IMG/VR virus record: IMGVR_UViG_3300029821_000008
Length of the DNA: 48,342 nucleotides
Source of the DNA: a virus
Reading direction: 5' to 3' (one strand)
Shown in pieces: positions 17,320 through 26,552 of this stretch. The position numbers and the translations under genes are program-made. Below the pieces are notes generated by a model. The model saw only the letters and a program-made list of their open reading frames with translations. It was not told where the DNA came from and did not search any database. The first letter of the stretch is position 1; each line of letters opens with the position of its first letter.

Positions 17320-18783
17320 ATGGCTGTCTTACCAAATACGGATTTGGCATTAAGTGATGTAAGGACTAAGTTAGGATATTCTGCTGATTGGTCTTTATTT
17401 AATATTGGCATAAGTAATTTGGTGAATAGGTGGAGTAAATACAAAACTGTTCGGGCATATGGAACAGGTGCGAATATACACGAAAGAGGCAAAGACGATG
17501 CAGGTTATTGGGGTTTTAATTTCTCAGGGTCGAATCCTGACAAATGGGATTATTTAAAACCCAGGGGCGGCGAACCAGGAGGTGCAATATCAGGATATGA
17601 TGAACCTGTAAGGCTGGGTGACTTCCGAGGCTATGAACATGACAGAACACTAGCTTATCCTTCAATTCAATGCCGGGATACTGACAACGCATGGGATGCT
17701 AATATTTATCCTTCCGGCACTCCTTATCTTCAGAGATGGTATTGCAGGGCGCATCGTAGTGCATCTTCCGTCATTATCATTCCTTCTGATCTTAATTACG
17801 GGGCGACTAATTTTGATGATCTTTATGTAGGGTTGTGGATAAATGCAACCGGAGGTCCGTGGTATAAAACATTTGGACAGGTAAAGGATCTTACCTTTGC
17901 AAAGAGCTGGAATATGTCAATCAGTTGTGAAATTACTACATGGATCGGCGAGTATCCTGCTTACGCTAATTTCCCGTATCATATTGGAAATGTTGATTGG
18001 AAAGTGATTCTTTCAACAGGGGCTGCATCCAATTGGACCGCTTCAGTTCCAGGATCGATTATTTATTTTACAGGAATCACCGAAGGCGGTAGTCCTGACA
18101 CATGGGACACTGACGGTACGAACGTTTATATTAATGCCGGATCTTTTACTATTCATGACTGGCTGAAGGTATCTGATAATGCGCTTATTCACGGAGCAGG
18201 AGGTGAGGCGGAAGATATTACTGTTTATTGTTCTTACGCTGGAGGCCCTCCTGACTGGACGGCTGCGGTAATAACGGGAGGCACATGGATAACACTCGCC
18301 TGTAATGATGACGGCACTCCGGTTAACTGCAACCTGGTTCAAAGTGGATTCAATACAAGAGTAACAACTGACGCAATTCCGGATGTAAGTTCTGTGACTG
18401 TTTATAAGGACGCCTCAGATAGTTACGATTGGGTATTGGTATCGGAGAGCGGAGATGTTGACCCAAAGTTAGAGCGTGACGGACTTGTGAGGGTGACATC
18501 AAATTCAATCACTCAGGACATTACAGTCAGTCAGGGTTACGCCGGAGACACTGCATTAACATTCACTTACAAGACAGACACAGACGGTGTTGACTTTCCT
18601 CCCTCGAACGGGACAATAGAATATGTAGTCAAGAGAGGCGCAACTCAGGTCTATCCCTCATCGGGATGGGCAACAGCTAGCGGGCAGAGGGCTGGTGTTG
18701 ACAACACTGTTAACATTGCTGATATTGGAGAAACTGCTTTAAATACGGATTATTCTGTTTATATTCGCTTAGTATTAATTTAA
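17320..18783 (+). CDS. Hypothetical virion/receptor-binding-like protein
   Basis: 487-aa ORF rich in Gly, Thr, Trp and Asp, following the fibre-like gene. No enzymatic motif was recognised. Confidence 0.4.
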   Translation: MAVLPNTDLALSDVRTKLGYSADWSLFNIGISNLVNRWSKYKTVRAYGTGANIHERGKDDAGYWGFNFSGSNPDKWDYLKPRGGEPGGAISGYDEPVRLGDFRGYEHDRTLAYPSIQCRDTDNAWDANIYPSGTPYLQRWYCRAHRSASSVIIIPSDLNYGATNFDDLYVGLWINATGGPWYKTFGQVKDLTFAKSWNMSISCEITTWIGEYPAYANFPYHIGNVDWKVILSTGAASNWTASVPGSIIYFTGITEGGSPDTWDTDGTNVYINAGSFTIHDWLKVSDNALIHGAGGEAEDITVYCSYAGGPPDWTAAVITGGTWITLACNDDGTPVNCNLVQSGFNTRVTTDAIPDVSSVTVYKDASDSYDWVLVSESGDVDPKLERDGLVRVTSNSITQDITVSQGYAGDTALTFTYKTDTDGVDFPPSNGTIEYVVKRGATQVYPSSGWATASGQRAGVDNTVNIADIGETALNTDYSVYIRLVLI

Positions 18784-18793
18784 AAACCAAACA

Positions 18794-19051
18794 ATGAAAA
18801 GATTATTCGGAATTTTAATGCTCATGTTTTTTGCGCTCGTAATGAGCTGCGAAAAGGACAAATGTTATGTCTGCGAAACACGTACAGATGTAGGAACTAC
18901 GTTAGAGGCCTCGACTTCAAAGGATGTTTATCTGAGTGAAATGGAAATTGGCCCCAGGTTCTACGAAAGTCAAAACAGTTCAGTTGTAGTAAAAGACATT
19001 GGAGGCGGCCCATACTACTCGCAGACAATAACCAAATGCAGGGAAAAATGA
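18794..19051 (+). CDS. Lipoprotein (possible superinfection-exclusion or surface-modifying moron)
   Basis: Signal peptide MKRLFGILMLMFFALVMSC with a lipobox-like V-M-S-C. Confidence 0.6.
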   Translation: MKRLFGILMLMFFALVMSCEKDKCYVCETRTDVGTTLEASTSKDVYLSEMEIGPRFYESQNSSVVVKDIGGGPYYSQTITKCREK

Positions 19052-19239
19052 AAGTAGTCGCTGTAAAACCAGAAGACTGGAAAAAACTAACTGAATATGT
19101 CGAGGATCTCAAACCGTCTTTTTATAAAGCAGAAAAGGCGGTTGAGATTCAGGCTATATTCCGTTCGGCAATAGTTGTTGAATTGCAGGAACAAAAAGCA
19201 GAGCCGGAAGTTAAACCGGAATCAAAAGATGAGATTTAG
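19048..19239 (+). CDS. Hypothetical acidic protein
   Basis: ATG 19048 forms an ATGA overlap with the lipoprotein stop and is in frame with the track ORF 19036..19239. Confidence 0.45.
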   Translation: MKVVAVKPEDWKKLTEYVEDLKPSFYKAEKAVEIQAIFRSAIVVELQEQKAEPEVKPESKDEI

Positions 19240-19828
19240 TATTATTTGCCCCAGCCGTCTTATCCCATACCCCGGATGTGCCTCGTATTTGGATCAGAAA
19301 ATAGTGAGAGCTATTGAATCGGTACTATCTCAGAGCTTTACAGACTTTGAATTGATAGTCATTGCGGATGGGTGTATAAAAACAAATGCTATTATAAGCA
19401 TGAATTTTGCTGACAGTAGGATAGTTTTGCTCGAATGCAAGCACAAAGCGATATTTGACAATTTACCTCGTAATACAGGCATTGAAGCGGCCAAAGGTGA
19501 ATATATCATTTACGTTGATGCTGATGACTATTGGGGGGAAGATCATTTAAAGAAGATCGAAAAGAATCTCTCTAATTATGATTGGGTCTGGTACAATGAT
19601 ATTATCTTCAATGGAGAGTGGATCGAAAGAGCTTGCAATATCAAAAGCCTTGGAGGTTGTGGAACGTCAAACGTGTGCCATAAAAGAAGTCTTAATTTGC
19701 GTTGGGGCCGTCCGGGTTACGCTCATGACTTTCACTTCTTGCAGCAGCTTTTAAGATTTCCGAATAACACTAAAATAGAAACACCGGAGTATTTTTGTTG
19801 TCACATCCCTGGAAATTATGATGTTTAG
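19229..19828 (+). CDS. Family 2 glycosyltransferase
   Basis: ATG 19229 gives MRFSIICPSRL...; the track start 19175 is a TTG. Motifs: FELIVIADGC and YIIYVDADDYW (DxD). Confidence 0.7.
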   Translation: MRFSIICPSRLIPYPGCASYLDQKIVRAIESVLSQSFTDFELIVIADGCIKTNAIISMNFADSRIVLLECKHKAIFDNLPRNTGIEAAKGEYIIYVDADDYWGEDHLKKIEKNLSNYDWVWYNDIIFNGEWIERACNIKSLGGCGTSNVCHKRSLNLRWGRPGYAHDFHFLQQLLRFPNNTKIETPEYFCCHIPGNYDV

Positions 19829-19830
19829 CT

Positions 19831-20010
19831 ATGTATAATGTTTTACCGACAAATGATTTAAAAAAACATTCAGAGAATTCAACTTGTGAATGTAAACCGA
19901 AAGTAATCTATGAAAACGGTGAAATGATTATTATTCATAATTCATACGATGGTCGGGAATATAAAGAAAGGTTAATTGAAGATATTAAACAACAAATAAA
20001 ATTACAATGA
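19831..20010 (+). CDS. Hypothetical small protein (59 aa, below the track cutoff)
   Basis: ATG 19831 to TGA 20008-10, with an ATGA overlap onto the next gene. Product: MYNVLPTNDLKKHSENSTCECKPKV...IIIHNSYDGREY. Confidence 0.45.
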   Translation: MYNVLPTNDLKKHSENSTCECKPKVIYENGEMIIIHNSYDGREYKERLIEDIKQQIKLQ

Positions 20011-20228
20011 GTACAGGATGGGAAAATCATGAACCAGCTCCAATGGAGTTTTTTCATAGCAGATTAATGCATTATTTTCATGAATTTAGGCTATTAAAAA
20101 CTGAAAACATTGAAGTTAAGATGGATGGGAGTGATTTCAGTGAAATAGTAGTTAAGGCCAAAAATGAAACCTATGCTAAATACCCAAAGCAAAAACTTCA
20201 GGAGCCTATCTTAAAAACTGATATGTAA
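20007..20228 (+). CDS. Hypothetical protein
   Basis: 73-aa ORF, tightly packed between its neighbours. Confidence 0.45.
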   Translation: MSTGWENHEPAPMEFFHSRLMHYFHEFRLLKTENIEVKMDGSDFSEIVVKAKNETYAKYPKQKLQEPILKTDM

Positions 20229-20843
20229 ATGAAAATAGCAGCAGTAACAATCACTTACAATCGATTAGAGTTGACCAAAAGAACAATCGATAGTTTTTAC
20301 AGTAAGACAAATGTAGATTATCATCTCTTTGTCGATAACGGAAGCTCAGACGGCACTCAGGACTATTTAAAGAGTAGGTTTGATCATATCTTCTTGGATC
20401 AGAACTACGGTATAACAGAAGCCTTTAAAACAGCTGTGGAGCGATTAACAGACTTTGATTTTATCCTTAAACTCGATAATGATATTGAAACGGTCACAGA
20501 CGACATCTTAAATAAGATGCTGAACTTTTACGAATTGAACGGATTAAAGTATGTTTGTTCACCGGTCGATTTGAATTTGGACCCTAATTATGCGCCACGT
20601 TTAACTGGAAAAGGAATGTTACACGGTTTTAATGTGAGCTACGTTTCTCATACCGGCGGGGCTTTTCAGTTAATCCCTATTGATATTTGTCTGAAGTTAA
20701 TGGAAGATTACCGCAACTTTAAACTCGGTGATCAGGCTATTGGAGGTTTTTATAAATCTCAGGGATATAAACCTGTTTATCTTTTAGATTTGGAAATGAA
20801 ACATATTGGATTGAATCAGTCAACTGGAAATTACATACTATGA
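20229..20843 (+). CDS. Family 2 glycosyltransferase
   Basis: Motifs: MKIAAVTITYNR, LFVDNGSSDGT and ILKLDNDIE (DxD). Confidence 0.75.
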   Translation: MKIAAVTITYNRLELTKRTIDSFYSKTNVDYHLFVDNGSSDGTQDYLKSRFDHIFLDQNYGITEAFKTAVERLTDFDFILKLDNDIETVTDDILNKMLNFYELNGLKYVCSPVDLNLDPNYAPRLTGKGMLHGFNVSYVSHTGGAFQLIPIDICLKLMEDYRNFKLGDQAIGGFYKSQGYKPVYLLDLEMKHIGLNQSTGNYIL

Positions 20844-21073
20844 CATACAATATTAATACAGTCGAAAAGACTATTGAAATTATCGGGGAATATTCTGTAA
20901 AAGAACTGTTATCCCTGCTTAATAGTTTAACTGAATCAAAGATCATTGATGAGGAATACAAAGTTAAGGCGGAATTAATTTCCTATCCGTATTATCCCAT
21001 TATTTATCCCGTGCAACCGCAATATCCATATTATCCTACTTATCGCATAGAATGGAATCCATATAAACTATGA
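20840..21073 (+). CDS. Hypothetical protein with a Tyr/Pro-rich C-terminal tail
   Basis: ATGA overlaps at both ends. The tail reads SYPYYPIIYPVQPQYPYYPTYRIEWNPYKL. Confidence 0.5.
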   Translation: MTYNINTVEKTIEIIGEYSVKELLSLLNSLTESKIIDEEYKVKAELISYPYYPIIYPVQPQYPYYPTYRIEWNPYKL

Positions 21074-21720
21074 CCTACGACCTCATAATAATATCCCAGA
21101 GCAAAGGCGACTTAATCAGGGTTACCCAGCAGTGCATTGATTCAGCTCGGAAAGATAATGCAGAATTGAATATCATTGTCGTGGAAACCGGTGATCCTTA
21201 TCCTTACCATGTAGATAAGATCGTAAAATACGAAGGAGAATTTAATTACAATAAGGCTTTAAATCTTGGTTTGCAGTATGCCAAATCAGACTATCAGGTA
21301 CTTTGCAATAACGACATTATCTTTCATTCCGGATGGTCAAAGATGGGTGACATAATGAAAGTGAATGAGTATTTATCCGCTTCCGCACTATCAAATGATC
21401 AGAGGCAAAGTATCTGTAAAAAAGGAAATGTAGCGTATGAAGGTTATGTGATAGGGATTCACTTGACAGGGTGGTGTATATTCACTGCAAAAGAACTCTG
21501 GCCGCTGATTGGTAAGTTAAGCGAAAAACACCGTTTCTGGTTCTCTGATAATGTGTATGCGGATCAGTTGATTCAGGCAAAGATTAAACACGCTCTGATT
21601 TGCTCTATTCAAGTTGATCATTTGGGAAGTCGGACCTTGCAGAAACAGCCACGGAATGTTCAGCAGTTATATACATATTCACAGGGCCGGGCTGTCAGGG
21701 AATTTAAAAGTATAAGATAA
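21070..21720 (+). CDS. Glycosyltransferase, GT2-like
   Basis: Motifs: YDLIIISQSKGD..., LNIIVVETGD, YNKALNLG and VLCNNDIIF. This matches the general layout of the GT-A fold. Confidence 0.55.
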   Translation: MTYDLIIISQSKGDLIRVTQQCIDSARKDNAELNIIVVETGDPYPYHVDKIVKYEGEFNYNKALNLGLQYAKSDYQVLCNNDIIFHSGWSKMGDIMKVNEYLSASALSNDQRQSICKKGNVAYEGYVIGIHLTGWCIFTAKELWPLIGKLSEKHRFWFSDNVYADQLIQAKIKHALICSIQVDHLGSRTLQKQPRNVQQLYTYSQGRAVREFKSIR

Positions 21721-21956
21721 TGCCAAGGACAAAGAACATAGAGAAAACAATACCTAAGCTTTACAGACGAAAGTTTGAAGATGTGGCATTGCTTTTTTAT
21801 GTCCGTGGTCAGGTATCTATAATGCCGGCTGTCACTATTGAGAAAGCTATAATTAACTTTTTTCGAGAGATAGGGGACGAAGATTATAACCTGGAATCAG
21901 CTATAACGACTTATATGAATCTTAAAAAGGAATATTTTGATCTATTAAGAACATGA
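21720..21956 (+). CDS. Hypothetical protein
   Basis: 78-aa ORF that starts at the last base of the upstream stop codon (TAATG overlap). Confidence 0.45.
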   Translation: MPRTKNIEKTIPKLYRRKFEDVALLFYVRGQVSIMPAVTIEKAIINFFREIGDEDYNLESAITTYMNLKKEYFDLLRT

Positions 21957-22906
21957 AAACGCCACGTCGGATAACAGAGATATTAAATCGCAAACAGGAA
22001 TTTATAGACCTTAATCGGGATAAGTTAGAGGCCTCTGTTATTAAACTTCAGGACCGGCTTTTAAGCGACCTGCTCTCAGAGTTAATTCCTCAACTGGATA
22101 TTAAAGACGGAGTGATTACAGATAACGTAAAGAATTACCGTCTGCTTTCAGGGCTGGATAAGATTTACACAGATTTTACAGTCGTTTCAAATTCTATAAT
22201 CACTTCACAGGTCGTAAAAGTCACTACGGGACTGACTGAGATAGGAATGGAGTATTTTAAAATGGTACTCAATGAAGATATGCTCAGCAGGTTTGACAGG
22301 GTTGTAAGTTCTACCGTGAATAAAATGAATCTTCGAATAGGAATAAATAGCAAGGGCACAATCAAAGGCGGCTTCCTGGATTCAATCATTAAAGACCCGA
22401 CCGCTGCAACTTCTATTAAAAACTATGTCTCTAAATCCGTAACAGGACAGATTGATTCAAAAGAGTTCATTAAAGGACTGAGTAAATTAGTGACAGGAAA
22501 TAAAAAGACCGGACTTCTGGAAAGGCAGTACCAGCGATACAGTTATGATTTATATCAACAATATGACCGTGCTTACAATGTTTCGCTGGCTCAGGAGTTT
22601 GACATGAAGTATTTCCTTTATCAGGGCGGCTTAATTGAAGATTCAAGGGATTTTTGCGTTGCTCACAATAATAAAGTATGGTCTGTTGATGAGGCTGCTG
22701 ATTGGGATAGATGGATGCCTTGGATGGGTGAATACCCTCCGGACTATGTTATTAAAGGTGACCCATATGTGATACCTAGTTATTTGGGTTACGCAGGTTA
22801 TCAGCCATTGATTGACTTCGGAGGGTATAATTGTCGTCACGGGATCGGGTTCATTTCTGATGAACTTGCAATGCAATTAAGGCCGGAACTTAAGGGAAGT
22901 GAATAA
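21953..22906 (+). CDS. Head morphogenesis protein (Mu F / SPP1 gp7-like)
   Basis: C-terminal motifs DSRDFCVAHNNKVWSVDEA and GGYNCRHG resemble the D.RTC..C...G and NCRC signatures of the family. Confidence 0.6.
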   Translation: MKTPRRITEILNRKQEFIDLNRDKLEASVIKLQDRLLSDLLSELIPQLDIKDGVITDNVKNYRLLSGLDKIYTDFTVVSNSIITSQVVKVTTGLTEIGMEYFKMVLNEDMLSRFDRVVSSTVNKMNLRIGINSKGTIKGGFLDSIIKDPTAATSIKNYVSKSVTGQIDSKEFIKGLSKLVTGNKKTGLLERQYQRYSYDLYQQYDRAYNVSLAQEFDMKYFLYQGGLIEDSRDFCVAHNNKVWSVDEAADWDRWMPWMGEYPPDYVIKGDPYVIPSYLGYAGYQPLIDFGGYNCRHGIGFISDELAMQLRPELKGSE

Positions 22907-22944
22907 ATATTAAAAATATAGTTGTTTAATTAATAATTTAGTTT

Positions 22945-22952
22945 TAATTTTG
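22945..22952 (+). promoter_or_regulatory. Bacteroidota-type -7 box TAatTTTG
   Basis: Exact TAnnTTTG match 16 nt upstream of ATG 22969. A GTTG lies about 20 nt upstream as a weak -33 element. Confidence 0.45.
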
Positions 22953-22968
22953 AAAATAATTTCACATT

Positions 22969-23322
22969 ATGGAATCAGTCACACTCGAAAAGAACTATCA
23001 AAGACGGCAATTCAGCCCTAAAGCGGCCAAGATTGCCATTGAGCACTACGGATGGTCAGAGATTACCACTCCTGCGAAGCCCTCAGAGGTAGGCACAAAA
23101 ACCAAGCCTCCGATAATTGATAAGCCTATCAAACTCAAAGAGATTCCGATTGAAAAGAAAATTGAGGTTAATGATGATCTGGCTGTAGGTGAGAAAAAAG
23201 AAATCATAACCGATGATTCAGGAGTAAGACTTGCAGATGAAAATAAGAATGTTCCTGATGAAGTAAAAGAGGTTAAAGTTAAGAAGACCCGTAAATCACC
23301 TGTTAAATCCAAATCAAAATGA
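22969..23322 (+). CDS. Hypothetical Lys/Glu-rich protein
   Basis: 117-aa charged, low-complexity protein upstream of the scaffold gene. Confidence 0.45.
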   Translation: MESVTLEKNYQRRQFSPKAAKIAIEHYGWSEITTPAKPSEVGTKTKPPIIDKPIKLKEIPIEKKIEVNDDLAVGEKKEIITDDSGVRLADENKNVPDEVKEVKVKKTRKSPVKSKSK

Positions 23323-23507
23323 TGCACGAAATCACATCAAAGAAAACCGGCAAAATTCAGATAGTATCTGATGAAGTCTGGGATAACGTCGTTGCACGTG
23401 GATGGGGAAAGAAATACAATCATACCGTACTAAAGGAATACAAACTCAAAGAGGTTCCTATTATACCCGCAGAAGTAAAAACCAAAACAGTTAAAAAAGA
23501 TGGATAA
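23319..23507 (+). CDS. Hypothetical protein
   Basis: 62-aa ORF with an ATGA overlap. Confidence 0.4.
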   Translation: MMHEITSKKTGKIQIVSDEVWDNVVARGWGKKYNHTVLKEYKLKEVPIIPAEVKTKTVKKDG

Positions 23508-24378
23508 AAAAATTGATGCGCAAGCATTTGAGGCATTTGCGGTGAAAGCCTTTAAACTCACTACTGAGGACTTGGCCAGCCTTTATAATGAAGCCGGAGA
23601 ATTGACAGACTTTTCTTTAATAGAGCGCAAAGACACCGAAAGGATATCGAAACTTTCAACCGAGAAAAACAACCAGTATAACAGAGGCTTAAAGGAAGGG
23701 GCCCTGAAACTGGAAAACGCCCTCAAAGAAAAGTATGAAGTCGAATCTGATTTACTGGGGATCGAATTATTTGATCATGTCATTGAAACAAAGGTCTCAG
23801 AAGTGCAGAAGGCCGCACCGGAGGAAGTTCTAAAACATCCCGAAGTTATAAAGGCCCTGAACGAAAAAGATAAGGTATTAAAGGCTAAGGACAAAGAATG
23901 GCAGCAGAAGCTTGACGATAAGGAAAGTGAAATAAATGCTGCTAATCTCTTCAAAGAGGTCGAATCCGTTGGATTGGCCGAGTTTGAAAACCTTAATCCT
24001 ATCCTTCCCGAGGATGCACGTAAGTCTAAGGCTCTGAAAGATGTTCTTGTGGGTGATTTGAAGAAATACAAGTACCAGAAAGACGCAGACGGGTTTATTG
24101 TCCTGAAAGAGGACGGAACACCGCTACAGGATGCACACGGTAATAATGTAAACTTCAAAGATCACATTAAGGAACACGCCGAAAGGTATTTTGATTTTAA
24201 AGCTGCTGAAGATCGTTCCAGTGCCGGAAATAAAGGTACTAACGGACAAGCTCAGGGCAAAAAGATCAGAGCACCAAAAGACAAAGCAGATTATGTTACA
24301 ATGATGGGAGACAATACTTTGACACCGCAGGAGCGAGTTGCTATTAAGAATTTAGCAGTCGCAGCAAAGATTGTTTAA
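23500..24378 (+). CDS. Putative scaffolding protein
   Basis: 292-aa highly charged protein that looks helical, lying immediately upstream of the capsid gene. Confidence 0.5.
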   Translation: MDKKIDAQAFEAFAVKAFKLTTEDLASLYNEAGELTDFSLIERKDTERISKLSTEKNNQYNRGLKEGALKLENALKEKYEVESDLLGIELFDHVIETKVSEVQKAAPEEVLKHPEVIKALNEKDKVLKAKDKEWQQKLDDKESEINAANLFKEVESVGLAEFENLNPILPEDARKSKALKDVLVGDLKKYKYQKDADGFIVLKEDGTPLQDAHGNNVNFKDHIKEHAERYFDFKAAEDRSSAGNKGTNGQAQGKKIRAPKDKADYVTMMGDNTLTPQERVAIKNLAVAAKIV

Positions 24379-24394
24379 CATTATAAATTGAAAA

Positions 24395-25408
24395 ATGAGC
24401 CAAATTGCAACTATTGATTGTGGATACCTCGCAACCGTTCAGGCTATGGCCGATGAGTTGTGGATAGATCCGATAAAAAACATTGACCTCATAGCCGACG
24501 CCGAAAGCGCAAGGGCTGTTCTTGAAAACCAGCAGGTACGTATGGGTGAACTTCAGGTAAAAGACAAAAAGAAAGTCGTTTCCCTTGAATGGCTCACTGC
24601 ATGTGATGCTGATACTACTTCCTGTACTGATGACTGTTCGATTGACGGTGATGACGCTACTCCGGAATGCCGGGAGTATGAAATTGCCTGTCTTCAGGAA
24701 TCAACCTTTAAAGTAGGTGACAGAGTATACAGGGAAAAGACCATTAACCCGGCTGAATCTATTGCTTTCAATCTTGAACGCCGGAAGAAACTTCTGGATG
24801 AATGGATAGCGCAGTATATCATAACCGGACTTGTGGCTAATGCAGGCACTAACGCCTTCACCGGATCGCCGGGAACCGTCGCTGCTGCTCTCACTACTAT
24901 TCCCGCTGGCAACTGGAACGACAATATCTGGGGTTACTTTGCAAGGACAGCACGTGGGAATAAATTTGCTTCCCCGTATGCAATAACCGGAGATAATCTT
25001 TTCCAGCTTATTTATAACCGTCTGGCTGATTTTGCCAATGCTAATGGTAAAGGAAATGTGAATCGTATGGGTGACCTTCGTAACAGGATGTATCTTGATC
25101 CTGAGAACGTCGAAGCGATTGCCGCTGGCTATACCTTTTTACTGCACCGTACCGCTGTTGCTTTCGTTGGCAAGAGCTGGTATCCACTTGGAGCCGCTAA
25201 CGCTGTACAACTGACAGCAGACCGCATGGCATGGAGTGAAATGTCAAGAAATCTCCCGGGTATATCTTACGATGTATTCACCGAGAGGACTTGCGTCAAT
25301 AACGAGTACTACACTGCCTTTAAGGTACAGCTTCACGGGGTGTTTGCTCTGAATCCTACTCCTTGCAGTGAAACCAATACAGGTATACTTGCATTTTCAT
25401 GTGTTTGA
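24395..25408 (+). CDS. Putative major capsid protein
   Basis: 337 aa. The call rests on its position after the scaffold gene, the strong terminator that follows, and its non-charged globular composition. Confidence 0.6.
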   Translation: MSQIATIDCGYLATVQAMADELWIDPIKNIDLIADAESARAVLENQQVRMGELQVKDKKKVVSLEWLTACDADTTSCTDDCSIDGDDATPECREYEIACLQESTFKVGDRVYREKTINPAESIAFNLERRKKLLDEWIAQYIITGLVANAGTNAFTGSPGTVAAALTTIPAGNWNDNIWGYFARTARGNKFASPYAITGDNLFQLIYNRLADFANANGKGNVNRMGDLRNRMYLDPENVEAIAAGYTFLLHRTAVAFVGKSWYPLGAANAVQLTADRMAWSEMSRNLPGISYDVFTERTCVNNEYYTAFKVQLHGVFALNPTPCSETNTGILAFSCV

Positions 25409-25409
25409 T

Positions 25410-25430
25410 AAACTAATTTAAAGTTTATAA
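25410..25430 (+). repeat. 21-nt motif AAACTAATTTAAAGTTTATAA (copy 1; copy 2 at 33281..33301)
   Basis: An exact 21-mer lying immediately after the stop codon of two different structural genes. Confidence 0.85.
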
Positions 25431-25434
25431 AAAT

Positions 25435-25469
25435 AAAAGGTACTTGTATTAACTTGCAAGTACCTTTTT
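25435..25469 (+). terminator. Rho-independent terminator after the capsid gene
   Basis: Perfect 12-bp stem aaaaggtacttg (25435-46) / caagtacctttt (25457-68) with a 10-nt loop and a T-run. Confidence 0.8.
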
Positions 25470-25481
25470 AATATCATCAAA

Positions 25482-26552
25482 ATGAGCGCAAATAATTTAT
25501 GTTTTGAGAATATTTTCGGATTTTCACGCAGCTCTGATATTTGTGTGGATGACTGGGATCCTTCGTATGCCGTATCGGCTTCCGGTAACTACATAGATGA
25601 GTTGCCTGGAATGAGCTTAAGAATCCTGGATACAGTCGGTGGAAAGGATTCAATTTGGGACCTGATGTCTAATGCCCGGCAAAATGGTATTAATACCTTT
25701 AAAGCAGACATCTTTTCAGAGCTGATGAAGTACAATGAGTACCGGAGAGAGAAGTTTCAGGGTGAAATAGGTCACCGGAGATTTACCCAGGTAATAACAA
25801 AAGACACTTATCACGGGATGCGGATGTTTTCTGATATCCGTGGCGGGGTGTTTACTCTCAGGGGTGTTACTTTGAATCTTAACTCAACTGAGAATGTGAA
25901 CCTTTTGATCTATGATGACTTTGATCTTCTGCATACCGTTGCAATTTCATCCGAGGCTGGGAAACCTAAGTTAACCACGATAACTCCGATTGAACTTGAA
26001 CTCAATGGCAATTATTATTTCATTTATGCGCCCGTAGGAACGCCGTACAATAACAAAATGACTTGCGGGTGCGGTGGGTATCGCTGGTGTTTTAATACCG
26101 AGAAACCGTGTTATAATCAGTCTAAAGAGAACTGGACGCTGTGGTCAATGGCCGGAGGGATACACGGAGACGACGTTTCAAAACGTGAACGCTGGGGAGT
26201 GGGTCAGTACGCTCAGGGACTAAGACTGCACGGAGATTTTAAATGTGATGCAATGGCAATGCTCTGCACGGATGCTTCGGACTTTAAGAATAACGAAATT
26301 GATTCAGCTATTGCATGGGCCATACTATGGAAGTCTGCTGAATATTTAACCTATGCAATTAAGAATAGTGAGGAAGTTTCACGCTACGTACTTATTGGGG
26401 CGGACGATGTTATGAATACTAACATGCAGTTCTATTCCGATAAATACGCCGCATTGATAAATTATATAGCTGAAAACATTGAGCCGTCAAGGAGTGAATG
26501 CCTCCGTTGCAGGCCGGTCATGGGCTTTGGTAAAACTTCACAAAGGATATGA
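25482..26552 (+). CDS. Hypothetical structural protein (Cys-rich, 356 aa)
   Basis: It lies between the capsid and neck/tail genes and carries CGCGGYRWCFNTEKPC. No family was recognised. Confidence 0.4.
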   Translation: MSANNLCFENIFGFSRSSDICVDDWDPSYAVSASGNYIDELPGMSLRILDTVGGKDSIWDLMSNARQNGINTFKADIFSELMKYNEYRREKFQGEIGHRRFTQVITKDTYHGMRMFSDIRGGVFTLRGVTLNLNSTENVNLLIYDDFDLLHTVAISSEAGKPKLTTITPIELELNGNYYFIYAPVGTPYNNKMTCGCGGYRWCFNTEKPCYNQSKENWTLWSMAGGIHGDDVSKRERWGVGQYAQGLRLHGDFKCDAMAMLCTDASDFKNNEIDSAIAWAILWKSAEYLTYAIKNSEEVSRYVLIGADDVMNTNMQFYSDKYAALINYIAENIEPSRSECLRCRPVMGFGKTSQRI

